A stretch of DNA of 64,000 nt, taken from NCBI GenBank assembly GCA_964016885.1, contig OZ024746.1, positions 38,812,001 to 38,876,000 of the forward strand, written 5' to 3'. The DNA is from Eledone cirrhosa. Taxonomy: Eukaryota. The position numbers were made by a program, and so were the translations under genes. Position 1 is the stretch's first letter. Every line of letters begins with the position of its first letter. Below, one piece after another: positions 52,666-64,000 of this stretch. The notes beneath the pieces are model-generated. The model was not told the DNA's origin, searched no databases, and was given only the letters and a program-made list of their open reading frames with translations.

Positions 52666-53578
52666 AACAACTAAATATGAGAAAAAGTTAGTGGGGAGGG
52701 GCAATACTTAGAAATGTCTGCTACATAGAAAATACAATTACTAAAGTAAATATTAACATACTTCATGTGCCTAAACCAAGAAATTTTAATTAATTAAAAT
52801 AACACCCATAGTGAGAAACACCAATCGTTATATCAATGCAAAAACATTATTTTTTAAATTCTGTTGTTTTGTAATCTGAATGTTTTTTGTGACAATTCAA
52901 ACTGATTATTTCACAAATAGAAATATTAAATAATTTAACATCTAATACTGTTGTATAGTTTTTACATGCAAACCACAAAATTGACAAGGACAAGCTCTGT
53001 ATGTATGTGATCATAACATGTCAATGCAATAATCTGAAAGCTATCTTGAGAATGTTGTTTGAAACTGTTAAAAATGGAAAAAATAAAATTTTTGTACAAA
53101 ATACATTTCTTTGAAAAGTTTAAATTGACAAGTCTATTAGCATTATACCATACATATGAAATCTCAGTGACCTGTTCTATATTTGTGTTCGAACAGTAAT
53201 AACATGGGGTAGAGCAGACACTTCAGTTACGTCAAACACTTGACAGCTTCTCTAATGCTGAAAAAAGTCTAAAAGTCTGCCTCGAGCCCAGAGGCTCATC
53301 AGGCCAGTGCTTATCCTGGCTAACATAGTGTTTAGTGATTGAAAGTACAAGACTCCCCACTGGAGAGGATGCCAGTCTACCACAGGGTTAAACCCCCTGC
53401 CAACCTTTGGTATTCAACCTGGTCGAAACAGATGATACTTGATGATGTTAACAGGACATAATATAGTGTCACAGAAAAGATATGAACTTCCAACCACTCG
53501 ACTGGCTCTCCAGTTTACTTTAACTAGTCTATCTTCATCATTATCACCATTTTACATCCATGCTAGCATGGGTTAGAC

Positions 53579-54237
53579 CAAAGGTTCTCAACGGGGGGCG
53601 TTTGGGAGCAAGGTCGTGTTAGGGGGGCGTTTGGAACTGGGTGAGGGAGGTTAGGGGGCGCTGGAAGGCTCTTTATTTTGGTAAGTTTTATAAGCCATAT
53701 TTGTATGTTTTTGAGACAGCCAGTGTGAATGCATTTGAATGAGCTTGCAGACAGCATAACTATAGTCTGACTGCAGCTGTGAAGGCATGTCCAGTAATTG
53801 AGACGTTAACCGGTAATTGAGATCCTAAAAATGGAAAAACCCACAGTCAACTTGGTCAAAGACACTTTAAGCGCAGCCAGTTAGAATCTTAATTTTCCTT
53901 CACCGATAACAATGTAGTTCATGTCTGAAATTATTGACTCAACCGTAATGAGTTAACACTATGTAGATCTATTTTATTCCCTATTGTATAAATAATATTA
54001 CAAATAAAAAATAAAAAAAACAGAAGCGAGTAGCACACACATCTAGGACCACATACAACACATAATCAGATAATACACACATCTTTGGAATATTGTTAAT
54101 CAATTTTTTAGTAATCTACTGATATAAAAATCAGTAGTATATTGAAAAATGGAAAAATAGGAGAGGGGGGGGGGGGGCGTTTCGTGATTTCGAGAGACAA
54201 AAGGGGGCGTTTGGCCTAAATGGGTTGAGAACCTGTG
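53579..54237. mobile_element. Non-autonomous hAT element
   Basis: TIR CAAAGGTTCTCAAC / GTTGAGAACCTGTG; perfect 8-bp TSD GGTTAGAC; subterminal GGGGGCGTTT repeats. Confidence 0.92.
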
Positions 54238-55767
54238 GGTTAGACTATGTCTATGTCCACCTGTCTTCTCAGTCACTGATCACTAGCAAAGAAAAACCAA
54301 AATCAATGAACCATATATAGCAAACAATTGCTTTATATCCATATTCACCTAATTTACTAATTAAATCCATAGTCAACAAAGATGTAACTAAATAATAGAT
54401 TTCTACTTTCCATTAAGTAATTATGAAAATCACATTAACTTGTTTAAGTTCTCCTCACCCTCATGGCCTTACATGCATTGTATTGAACAAATAAATATGA
54501 TGCACTTGGTGAATCTATTTTCTGTAAATATTGGTATATAAGTAAGCTTTCTTAAAAATAAGTAGATATGCAAAATTAAAATGACATTGGGTTGTTATTC
54601 ATGTTTAATTTTCAGCAAGTAATCTAATGAAGTTTTAATTTAATTGGAACACAGACTTTCAATGCAAAGAAAGGTTAATCACCAATCCCTGGTTTGTAAC
54701 CAACAAAATGTTATATATGTAGAGATGTACTTGGATAACCTATATAGTGATACTAACATCGGCAGGAGAAAGAGAGAGACTTATCCTAAACTGCAATGGC
54801 TGTTTCAATGCATTGCCCTCACTATCCTCCAGATATGGTAAGGTATGAACCTGAATTCCTGAGGGAGTCATAGGGACATCATATTGACATACGGTATTTC
54901 TTAAGGCATCCTCCAGATAACACTTTCTCTATTCAATATACTAAAATTATGAGATAGCATACAGCATATGCCTGGTCTGAGAAAAGGGCAAAAATCCCAA
55001 AATATTTGCATATTTTGCAGATAGATTTTCCAAATGTGTGCTTTACAAGTATGATGATATATGTTTTTAAAATACTGTCATTTTCTCCTACAGAAATTAT
55101 ATTTTGACACCTTTTTTTACCTAGATATTGAAGTTGGTGCAAATCAACAAAATATTAACTATGAATATAAGCTGACTCATTTTAACTTTTTTTTTTGGTC
55201 ACATTTCTTAGCTTATACACAAGTATATGCAGTAATGTCATGAACTACTTTAATAGGGCTATGGAAAGGAAACACTCTACATATGAATAAAATGTTATGC
55301 ATGGATATAGTATCTGTAAAGTTGAGGTGTGCTAACATTAACAGGGTGTATAGTAGCTTCTCATAAACTAATAACCATAAAATTATGTTAATTTGTCACA
55401 TCAAACAGATATACAGTACATTTGTAATTTAAGAGTTAGTGCAAGAGATAACTATAATTTATGAAATAAACAAAAGAAATGATGACTACTCCTCCCAAGA
55501 TATAAAATATCAATTGTGTGACACATATAGAACACATATAGAACACATGGCTGTGTGGTTAAGAAGTTTGCTTTGAGATTACATGGCTTCAGGTTGGATA
55601 TCCCACTATGGAGAAAATTAAACAAGTGTGTTCTATTTGTGTTCTACATTAGACTCAGGTTAATGGCTTGTACTTGAAATTTACTTGATAAAAACTGCGC
55701 TGAAAATGATTGCATATATGTTTTTTCAAGATGGCTTCCTAACAACAATACATGCCTTTTCTCCTGT

Positions 55768-56116
55768 CTAACTTTCCCTATTTCTTTCTATGCCTACTTT
55801 CATCTATCTTTCTATTTTTTCTTTCTCCTAAACATCCTATCTTCTCTCACTCTCATTATATCTTCCAATGAAGGACTAATGTCTGAAACATTAAGACTCT
55901 TTTCCTACTATGTAAAGCATTAATCTAATATATCATCTTCTGGCTAACTTTCCCTGTGTCTTTCTTTTCCTACTTTCGTCTATCTTCCTATTTTTTTCTT
56001 TCTCCTAAGTATCATATCTTCTCTCACTCTCATTTATATCTTCCAATGAAGGACTAACGTCTGAAACGTTAATATTCGTTTCCTACTATATAAAACATTA
56101 AACTAATATATCATTG
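55768..56116 (+). mobile_element. Tandem ~177-bp pLTR-like duplication, each unit with a decayed minimal hammerhead
   Basis: TCTT-CCAATGA-AGGACTAA(T/C)GTCT-GAAA-C(A/G)-TT-AA(G/T)A at 55861 and 56039. Confidence 0.6.
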
Positions 56117-56417
56117 TTGTTCTATACTATTTTTCTTTGTTGGATTTTCTTGTGTGTGTGTGTAACATACAGCACCAGCTAAAATAAAACAGGTGCTGTA
56201 TAAAAAAGGTAACTCAGTCAATCGGTAAAACATAAGTACCAGACTAAAAATAAATACTGGGTGTTGCTATCATCTACTAAAAGAAAAACCTTGAAGATGG
56301 TGCCCCATTATGGCCACATTCGTATAAATGCAAACCAGTAAAAGAAGACTATATAATAAATAACTCTCCAAAGATTTCAAATGTCCTCATATTTAATGAT
56401 ATTCTTGTTAAAATAAT

Positions 56418-56602
56418 TGTTTCTACTTTAGGCACAAGGCCAGCAATTACCCAGTGCATTACTGGTTCTTTATTTTATCGACCCCGTAAGGATGAAAGGC
56501 AAAGTCAACCTCGGCGGGATTTGAACTCGGATCGTAAAGGGACGTAACTATGCTGGAAAGCATGGCGTCCGACTCTCTACCGATACTGCCAATCCACCGC
56601 CC
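56418..56602 (-). mobile_element. Young full-length family B SINE
   Basis: Intact CpGs; 16-bp TSD TTCTTGTTAAAATAAT at 56402-56417 and 56603-56618. Confidence 0.93.
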
Positions 56603-58042
56603 TTCTTGTTAAAATAATAAACATCCAGTCAGACTTTAAAAAAGAAGATACACTGACGAAACATTAGCATCAAACATCAACCAGATGCAAACAGAAACAT
56701 CAACGAAACCAACGGGGAAACTTCTACGCGATCACTTTATTTGCTAAGGCGCGCGCACTCTCACACACATACACACACAATATTACAGTCCGCTGTACAC
56801 TGTCCGAAAATAAAGACAGTGAAGTTATGATGCCTTTTAGTCAAAAGTCTACTTAATGAGGGTGTATCTAGATCTAAACAACATTGACACAGTTGAGAGA
56901 GAGAAAGAGATACCGGGAGGCGGGGTAGAGAGAACCAACGAAGGAGCTTCTACATGCTCGTTCGACTTGCTACAAAGTATTGCCAAAGCTCCTTCAAAAA
57001 TGTAAGAACAGATTCAATAATGTAATAAAAAAAAAACAATGCCTAAAAAATAAAAGACAAATGCTAAGGCGATCATGGCTAGAAGACCTTCAATTATAAG
57101 TTTACTCGGTGGTGCTAGGGAGAGCGGAGGGGGTTAAACAACAATATCAATAACCTGCTAAAATTAACAGCCATATTTACATCAAGAAAATGGCCGAACA
57201 TATTGGGTAACAACAGAACAGCGATATTAAATCCCAAAAAGTATATACTCTTGTTGAGATAAGTTTCCAAGTGTGAATATTTCAAGCTATATCAGTAATA
57301 AACAGAGAATGTTTATGGACAAATACTTTGAAACATGCAGCCTGTTTACGGAAATCATTGCTATACATACGTTATTAACAAATAAGATGGAGTTTACTGG
57401 CTATAGAAACACAAATTAAACACATCCTTAAAATCCATTCTATAAACAAAACTATGAAGGTATGCAAGTCCTTATCACGATGTAATTATACAGTTGTTGT
57501 TAGCTCAGTCTTACTGTTACGAGGAAAAATTTATTTATTTTTAAGACACACGCACATGCAGAATTCGGTACACATACAACTACACGGCAAGAAAGAAAAG
57601 AGTTACCGTCATATAATGCAGAACATGCAACTTATTGTACCTCGGTTACAGTAAGGATATCCTGCCAATGAGATAAAATAATAGAAATCACAAGTTCAAA
57701 TTTGTTGCAGGCATATCATTTTTCTGAACTGTGTCACTTCTTTTCAGTCGTACTTGATTGGCAAGTGACTTCATCTGATACAATTACATTATGATGTAGA
57801 CATAACTTTACGGTTTGAGTTCAAATCCCGCCGAGGTAAACTTTGCTTTTCATCCTTGCGAGGTCGATAAAATGCACTGGGATAATTGCTGGCCTTGTGC
57901 CAAAATTAGAAATAATTATGATATAGACATAACTACCATCTGAACACAGAAACATATAACATGGTGAGCATAAAGTCCTCGAAACCACAAAACACACTTA
58001 GCTTTTTTGTTTCATAGATGCCATTTTGTTACTGAAAATTAC

Positions 58043-58100
58043 CCGGGGAAACGCCTTCTCCATTCTGTCTGCCGGGGCTGTGGGGAGGCCACCAATATGA
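58043..58100 (+). mobile_element. Very short 3' fragment of a CRE-like non-LTR element
   Basis: CCGGGGAAACGCCTTCTCCATTCTGTC is identical to 63330-63356; reads RGNAFSILS. Confidence 0.7.
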
Positions 58101-59775
58101 TTGACTGACTTGTCATTTTATCAGTCAACTGTTACTGTCGTTAACCAATTAACGCACCTGCCAGTATCAAAGACCTGACCATTCTGTTCAGCTATACCGT
58201 TAACTTGCTTTGTATCAAATGTTTTTAACTATAGCTATAACTTTTTTTTTCTAGCTATGTTTTATATTTGCATTCATGTATGATATTTTCACTGTTCTTG
58301 CCTGATTTCCTGGTTTAGCGATATTTTCATCTCTACTGTTAGTTTGTTGTTATAAACTACTTTCTCCTATAAAAAAAAATACAACTACTTCATGTAAGAA
58401 GACAAAATGTAAAATATGTTCAGAAGAACTTGAAATGTATCAATTAAAACAATGAAAAAGAAAACTCTCAAATAGTATCCGAGATATGGTATTGTATAAT
58501 CAGGGAAAGAATTTATGTTCACCCTGCCGAGGTTAACTTTGCCTTTCATCCTTACGGGGTCGATAAAATAAAGTACCAGTAATGTACTGGGTAACTGCTG
58601 GCCTTGTGCCAAAAGAAGAAACAATTATTATGATCCTCTCCTGCAGATTCTGGCCTTTGTTGTCTTCATCTGGCCGTTAATGTTTTATTCCCTTTGTTTT
58701 TACATTTAAATTTTCTGTCATTTTGTAATCAAAATAATTGAATTCCACTGCTTATCTTTATTTTATCTATATTTCACTTGTTCATCAAGTTATCGCAAAT
58801 AGATACAAGTTAGTCACGAAAAGATGCCTGCGATGATAAGACATTACATCTAGTGAGAGATTTAATATCTATAAGTTCCATGTCATTAAACCGGAGCTAA
58901 ACATCAGCTTTTGCAAGAATCCACAAGGGAGCTTCTATGTGATCACACAACCTCTTAGAAATAGTAACAAAATCTCCCTCATGCCCTGTCTTATAAAAGG
59001 GAAAGAAATATTAGATAGTATAGTTCTAGATACCTTATGTCTGTAAATAAAAGTAAGACATAGATGATTAAAACGTCTTTACTTGATCATATTGGGGGTA
59101 TTCTGGAAGTTAAACAAGCCCTTTGGAAATTGGCAGTTATAGGGAATGCGGCTTACTATAATCACAGATAATGTTATCAATTATTATTATCAGAAATTGT
59201 GGATCCCAAACACGATCAGAATATATAATTATATTCTCTGCTTAATGATATCAGCTGGTTGTTATCTAAAAGACTCCACCCTAATCCCAAAGCGGTCATA
59301 AATGGCTTTTGTCGTATTTACATTAAAACAAAAGATAAAAATGTTTACATTAGTTACGGATTTTAGTTCAAACCTTGTATCTCTAACGCATTTGGTTACA
59401 TTACGAAATATTCAAAACAAAACTTTGAAAACAGGGAGCAAGTAGAAGCATGTATTAAGTACTGGCACAATCGTTGTTGTTCTATGCAGAACTTAAAGAA
59501 TTTTATTTAGTACGTAATACAATTATAACCTGACAAGCTTTGTTTCTGAGTATCATATTAAATTTGAAAACAAATTACAATCTGCAAGAAAAATAATCAT
59601 TATAAAGAGAATTTACCATCGTTGGTGCATGTGCAGAGCTCACCAATCCTAGTTGATTGGTGTCATATTTTAAATAAGCAGACCTGTCCATTCTCCCCGT
59701 CTGATGGGGAGATCTCTCACTCACTTTGGGTTGGTGACAGATGTGTTCTCTTGTCAAAATGGGTATAGCCTTCAT

Positions 59776-59957
59776 GGCAGTATCGGTAGAGGGTCGGACG
59801 CCATGCTTTGCAGCAAAGAGTTACGGCCCTTTGTGATCTGAGTTCAAATCCCGCCGAGGTTAACTTTGCCTTTCATCCTTACGGGGTTGATAAAATAAAG
59901 TACCAGTAATACACTGGGATAATTGCTGGCCTTGTGCCAAAAGTAGAAACAATTATG
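59776..59957 (+). mobile_element. Family B SINE (other plus-strand copies at about 57810-57920, 58520-58630, 63949-64000)
   Basis: Matches the reverse complement of 56418-56602. Confidence 0.9.
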
Positions 59958-60565
59958 TAAAATCTCCCCATTTTGATTTATTTCTCCTCGTTTTGAGACA
60001 CTTTTTTAGGGTACAACCCGTTTGGGTTTTTAGAAGGTGGCAGGTCTGTCTAAGTGAAGTTTTTTGCCGTGTTAAATATCAACAAAATTTAATTGAGCAC
60101 AAAAACCAACAAGAACGTCTCGAGTTATCTAAATGCGCCACAACCTTTTTTAAAAAACTTTACGGCTTTAGAAAATTCATACAGGTTGCCTGAGCATCTT
60201 GAAAACCGTGTTCTTCACAATTTTGCCCTACAGAAGCGTGATTAATAAACAAGACAAGCAATAGCTTTTATATTTTGTTTCTATTTTCCTTCAATTTCTA
60301 TGCGTAGTGCGCTAATAATTTATTATTTGATCTCCAGTGTGCCAGAAATGTGCAAAGAATTAAGAACACTGGCTTTATAATGTTGCTGAACTTGATAGAG
60401 ACAAGCAGCCTCGGCCAAATTCGAATATGCAATCCAATGTTTACTATATCTGACTGAGAACAGAAGACAAGATCCGATTGATTGAATTAAGTATGGGTTG
60501 AATTGTGTTGTATTATTAAATGCTTATAATTTGACTGACTATCCCGTTAGACAATATACAACTAA

Positions 60566-60600
<35 letters not shown>

Positions 60601-60680
60601 GAAGTGGTTACCATCTTTACCTAACTCGTCCCTTGGACTGAGTGATCTACCACTACGGATATTACCTTCCAGTGTTCCAC

Positions 60681-60719
<39 letters not shown>

Positions 60720-60722
<3 letters not shown>

Positions 60723-60955
60723 GGTATGGGGTCCCATAACTCCTTATCGTAGGGTCGCCGTATTGACATACTGCGTTTCTTGGGCATTTTAAGCCTGGCG
60801 GAGCCCATCTTTCTCCTGGCCTGAGTACAGCAGATTTCTTCCAGGGAGAGGAAGAATCGATCCCAGTATTAGACCGGTACCTTTTTTTATCGACTTCGAA
60901 TGGATGAAAGGCAAAGTTGACTTCCGCGGGATTTGAGCTCAGAGAGCCGGAACGA
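60720..60955 (-). mobile_element. Family C SINE
   Basis: Reverse-complement match to 39672-39960. Confidence 0.78.
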
Positions 60956-63183
60956 ATATATATATAATCATACCGAAATGATATACTAGCAATTTCTACT
61001 CGTATAATTATTTCAGGTAAGTTTTTATTTAATGCACACTGCATTAAATCTGTTATCCTTAACTATATATACACACACGCACTTGCTCATACCTACACAC
61101 ACAGATAAATTCATACATGCACCTCTGTGAGTGTGTGTGTATATTTTACATATGATAAACACATAATACAAATATTCGGCTAAACTGCTGGTTCACTTTA
61201 GTCATGCTAGCTTTTATGTTAAAATAGACAACAACAAAATAAATACCTTCACACGTTCATATGCATTATTGCGAACGTGAAAACATTTCTAGAATAAGTT
61301 TCATATACTTATACTTATTAGTTTACGGAGGTGTGTTAAGAAATGTTTCAATGTAAACTAAGATAAACAAATAACATGTTTTCTAGATTTAATACACAAG
61401 CGTGTCAGAAGAAATATCTCTCTCTTTTTTTTTTTTTTCTTATATAAGTTAAGTAGGGGCTGCATTGACTGATGGAAGCCTAGTCACTCGACCAGCTAGA
61501 AATAACAGTCAAGTCTTCTTTCCATTACACTTTTAAAAAGAGGCTAGTCAGGAAAAACAATGATCAGAGTAACAACGCCTCTAAGAATCTGCTTGGTCAC
61601 GGCTAACCTGGGGTTATCACTAACTGTTGTTGGTACTTTTCGTGATCGCTCGATAAAAAGCAGTCAAATCACTCTAACGTCTTAAGAATTCGACATTACA
61701 CACTCGATAATGTATTAGATACATTATACCTGAATAAGAGACGGTGATCATAGTTGAAACGATTTTGATAATACGCCAGCTCAACGAAAACAGACATTTC
61801 TGAGCCAAAGACCAACTTCAAGTTTAAGAAATTTCAAGAATAAAAGAAAATAAAGAAGGAACATTAATATATACGTACATTATAATATGTAGAATTCCAT
61901 CAGTCAGTAAGATGCCGTTCACATTTATATATAAGTTATTCTGAGTAATGATGCAACGATTTTTAGAAAGTATCCACCTTTCACAAAACAGAACATATAT
62001 AAAACTGAAATCAATCAGTTATTATAAGGGAGACTGTTGCAGAGTTGAAGAGAACAGATTAATGGTAGTGGTCGTGATGGGGGATAACTTGGTATTAATT
62101 AGTATGAGGGGGAGGGCCAACAAAGCAGTGTGTGTGTTTCTGAAGGATTCGTCACAAATGGAGTGGTAATATTTCCAAGGATTTTTTTGTTTTGTTTTTC
62201 CTAATTTCTCTGTCACACAAGAGAAAATTCTGAAGTAATTCGTAAGTCTTTGAATGAAGCAGCGAAAATAGAGCAGGTTTCATAATGATAGAACTAAGGT
62301 AATGGAATGACTTGTGGGCGATGGTGATATAGGATAAGTAATGCTGTCAAAATATGCCAAACCTTCATCAGGAGGTGAATTACTACTCTCATTGAATTAC
62401 TGAAACCACTTGATTTGGTGGCGTAATGGTAGCGTTGGTGAGGTTATTAAACAATGAGAATAAAACATTGTGGTAGGGTGTGGGACTTTTGTGTTATGTC
62501 TGCAAGCGTTGATTTATACATTTTACTATCTAGTAAATTACATGTATATTCAAACCAGGTTTACAACGCATTGATTGAGTATTATTGAATTATGGTGTGA
62601 GAGCCAAATGGGGAATTATTATTATTATTGGTTTTCCAATTGATTGTAGTTTTTGTTTGACTGAGAAAATGTTGATTAGCCGGTCAGACTAACGTGGCTA
62701 CATGGACTTCTTTTAAACGAACATGTGTGCACAAGTAAATTTACAAGCACCTCAAATATTATGACGAGTGGATGGAGGGTGCTAAGAATACTAAGGTAAC
62801 AATTTATAACAATATACATTAGGAGAAGTACGACTGAGGAATGTAGTGAATCCTAAATAAATATATGCTAAGATCCCTCATATATAATATAGTGAGTTGA
62901 AAATGTTCTATCGACAGTGATTTAATTTAGTAATTAGTAGTCAAAAAGCTTCCTCTAGGAATGTCTAAAATCTAAAAACAAGCAAGGCAGAGAGCTCCAA
63001 TAAGATCAATTGACTGAAATGTTTTAAAGGACCAGATTAATGTGGATTTAGTCTTTAAATCCATTTGTTGGAAATAGCTGATCCACTTGACATGATGTTT
63101 CAATCTTATTAGGCCTCTTCAGCAAGGTATATTCTACTCAGATGGCAAAACTAAGAGTGGTCGATTTAAATCGAAATACAGCG

Positions 63184-63375
63184 GTTGTACCCCTGGCAGT
63201 GGAGACTTCTGGTGTCCTCGGCCCTATGGCTACCTCCCTACTCACCACCATAGACGCTGAGCTGGCCAGCCGCAGGTGTGAGCCCTGCGAGCTGGAGTGG
63301 CTTTTCCAGCGCGTCTCCCTTCCCGTCCTCCGGGGAAACGCCTTCTCCATTCTGTCCGTCGGGGCTGTGTGGGGG
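63184..63375 (+). mobile_element. CRE-like non-LTR retrotransposon, restriction-like endonuclease C-terminal fragment
   Basis: GC-rich island encoding VPLAVETSGVLGP..WLFQRVSLPVLRGNAFSIL, matching the P.AVET.G..G / LFQRLS....RGNA signature. Confidence 0.8.
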
Positions 63376-64000
63376 GCGGGAGTCACGTATCATTCCACTG
63401 AACCAAGTTTTTAAAGTTATTATTTGCACTATCATATATTTTGGTTTCTATTAATTCCCTGGAGAAATGGTTGACCAAATTCTTTGCTTAAGGAATGTAG
63501 TGATGCTAATTATGAATATCAACAATACTTCAGGTCAGTGGCATAGCCAGTGTTTGTGCTACATGAGTCAGACTTTGAGTAGACTTCCTCAAAATCTTAA
63601 GCCCACGCCAACCGGCTCACCTTTTCTCATTTATTCAGACTTGTATATAACATTATAGGAATATATATCGGTTCTATTGCTTCAATAATACTTTGCTCGC
63701 TTTAATCTATCCTCATACATCTCTAATGTTGAAGTTAATACTCTGAAATAGAATAATCTTATTAACAACTGATTACAGACATTGCATTTTAAATTTATGT
63801 CATTGTTTTCTACCTGTCCTCTAGTCATATGTCAGTTGTACAATAATGGTATATGTCAGAAATTCATTTATTTAGTGTTATATCTAACGTTATTGTTGTT
63901 TCTATGTTACCACCTTCATTGTTATTATTATTGCCGTTTGTTAACTTTGGTTAACTTTGCCTTTCATCCTTACGGGGTCGATAAAATAAAGTACCAGTAA

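Noticed and set aside
53275-53320. CTGATGA on the minus strand as a hammerhead
   Set aside because: It is followed by GAGG rather than GAAA and has no stem I/III. It is part of a SINE tail also seen near 13965.
54740-54930. Open minus frame YLEDALRN...YLEDSEG
   Set aside because: Weak splice signals, and the length is within chance expectation.

Overview
AT-rich, repeat-dense eukaryotic DNA. The SINE families, RTE LINE and vast TA/CA microsatellites look like an octopus/coleoid cephalopod genome (inference). No complete gene is present, and most long ORFs in the track are microsatellite artefacts. Main contents: (1) several non-coding fold-back or tandem elements carrying minimal type I hammerhead-ribozyme cores, probably Penelope-like pLTR derivatives and often embedded in (TA)n, including a 373-bp near-perfect palindrome at 4021-4393; (2) a heavily decayed Ty3/Gypsy gag-pol fossil at about 6200-11480 (minus strand), split by many later insertions; (3) an RTE LINE at 27036-30038 (minus) with a PHD-like Cys/His finger, running into a 200-N gap; (4) a 6.1-kb, 56-bp satellite with no net indel (45985-52097) whose unit can fold into a hairpin; (5) many tRNA-derived SINEs and hAT, piggyBac-like and mariner-like MITEs with visible TSDs; (6) CRE-like and R4/Dong-like 3' fragments; (7) a few phase-compatible candidate exons of an unidentified minus-strand host gene. 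All coordinates and alignments were read by eye, so SINE and relic boundaries are approximate.
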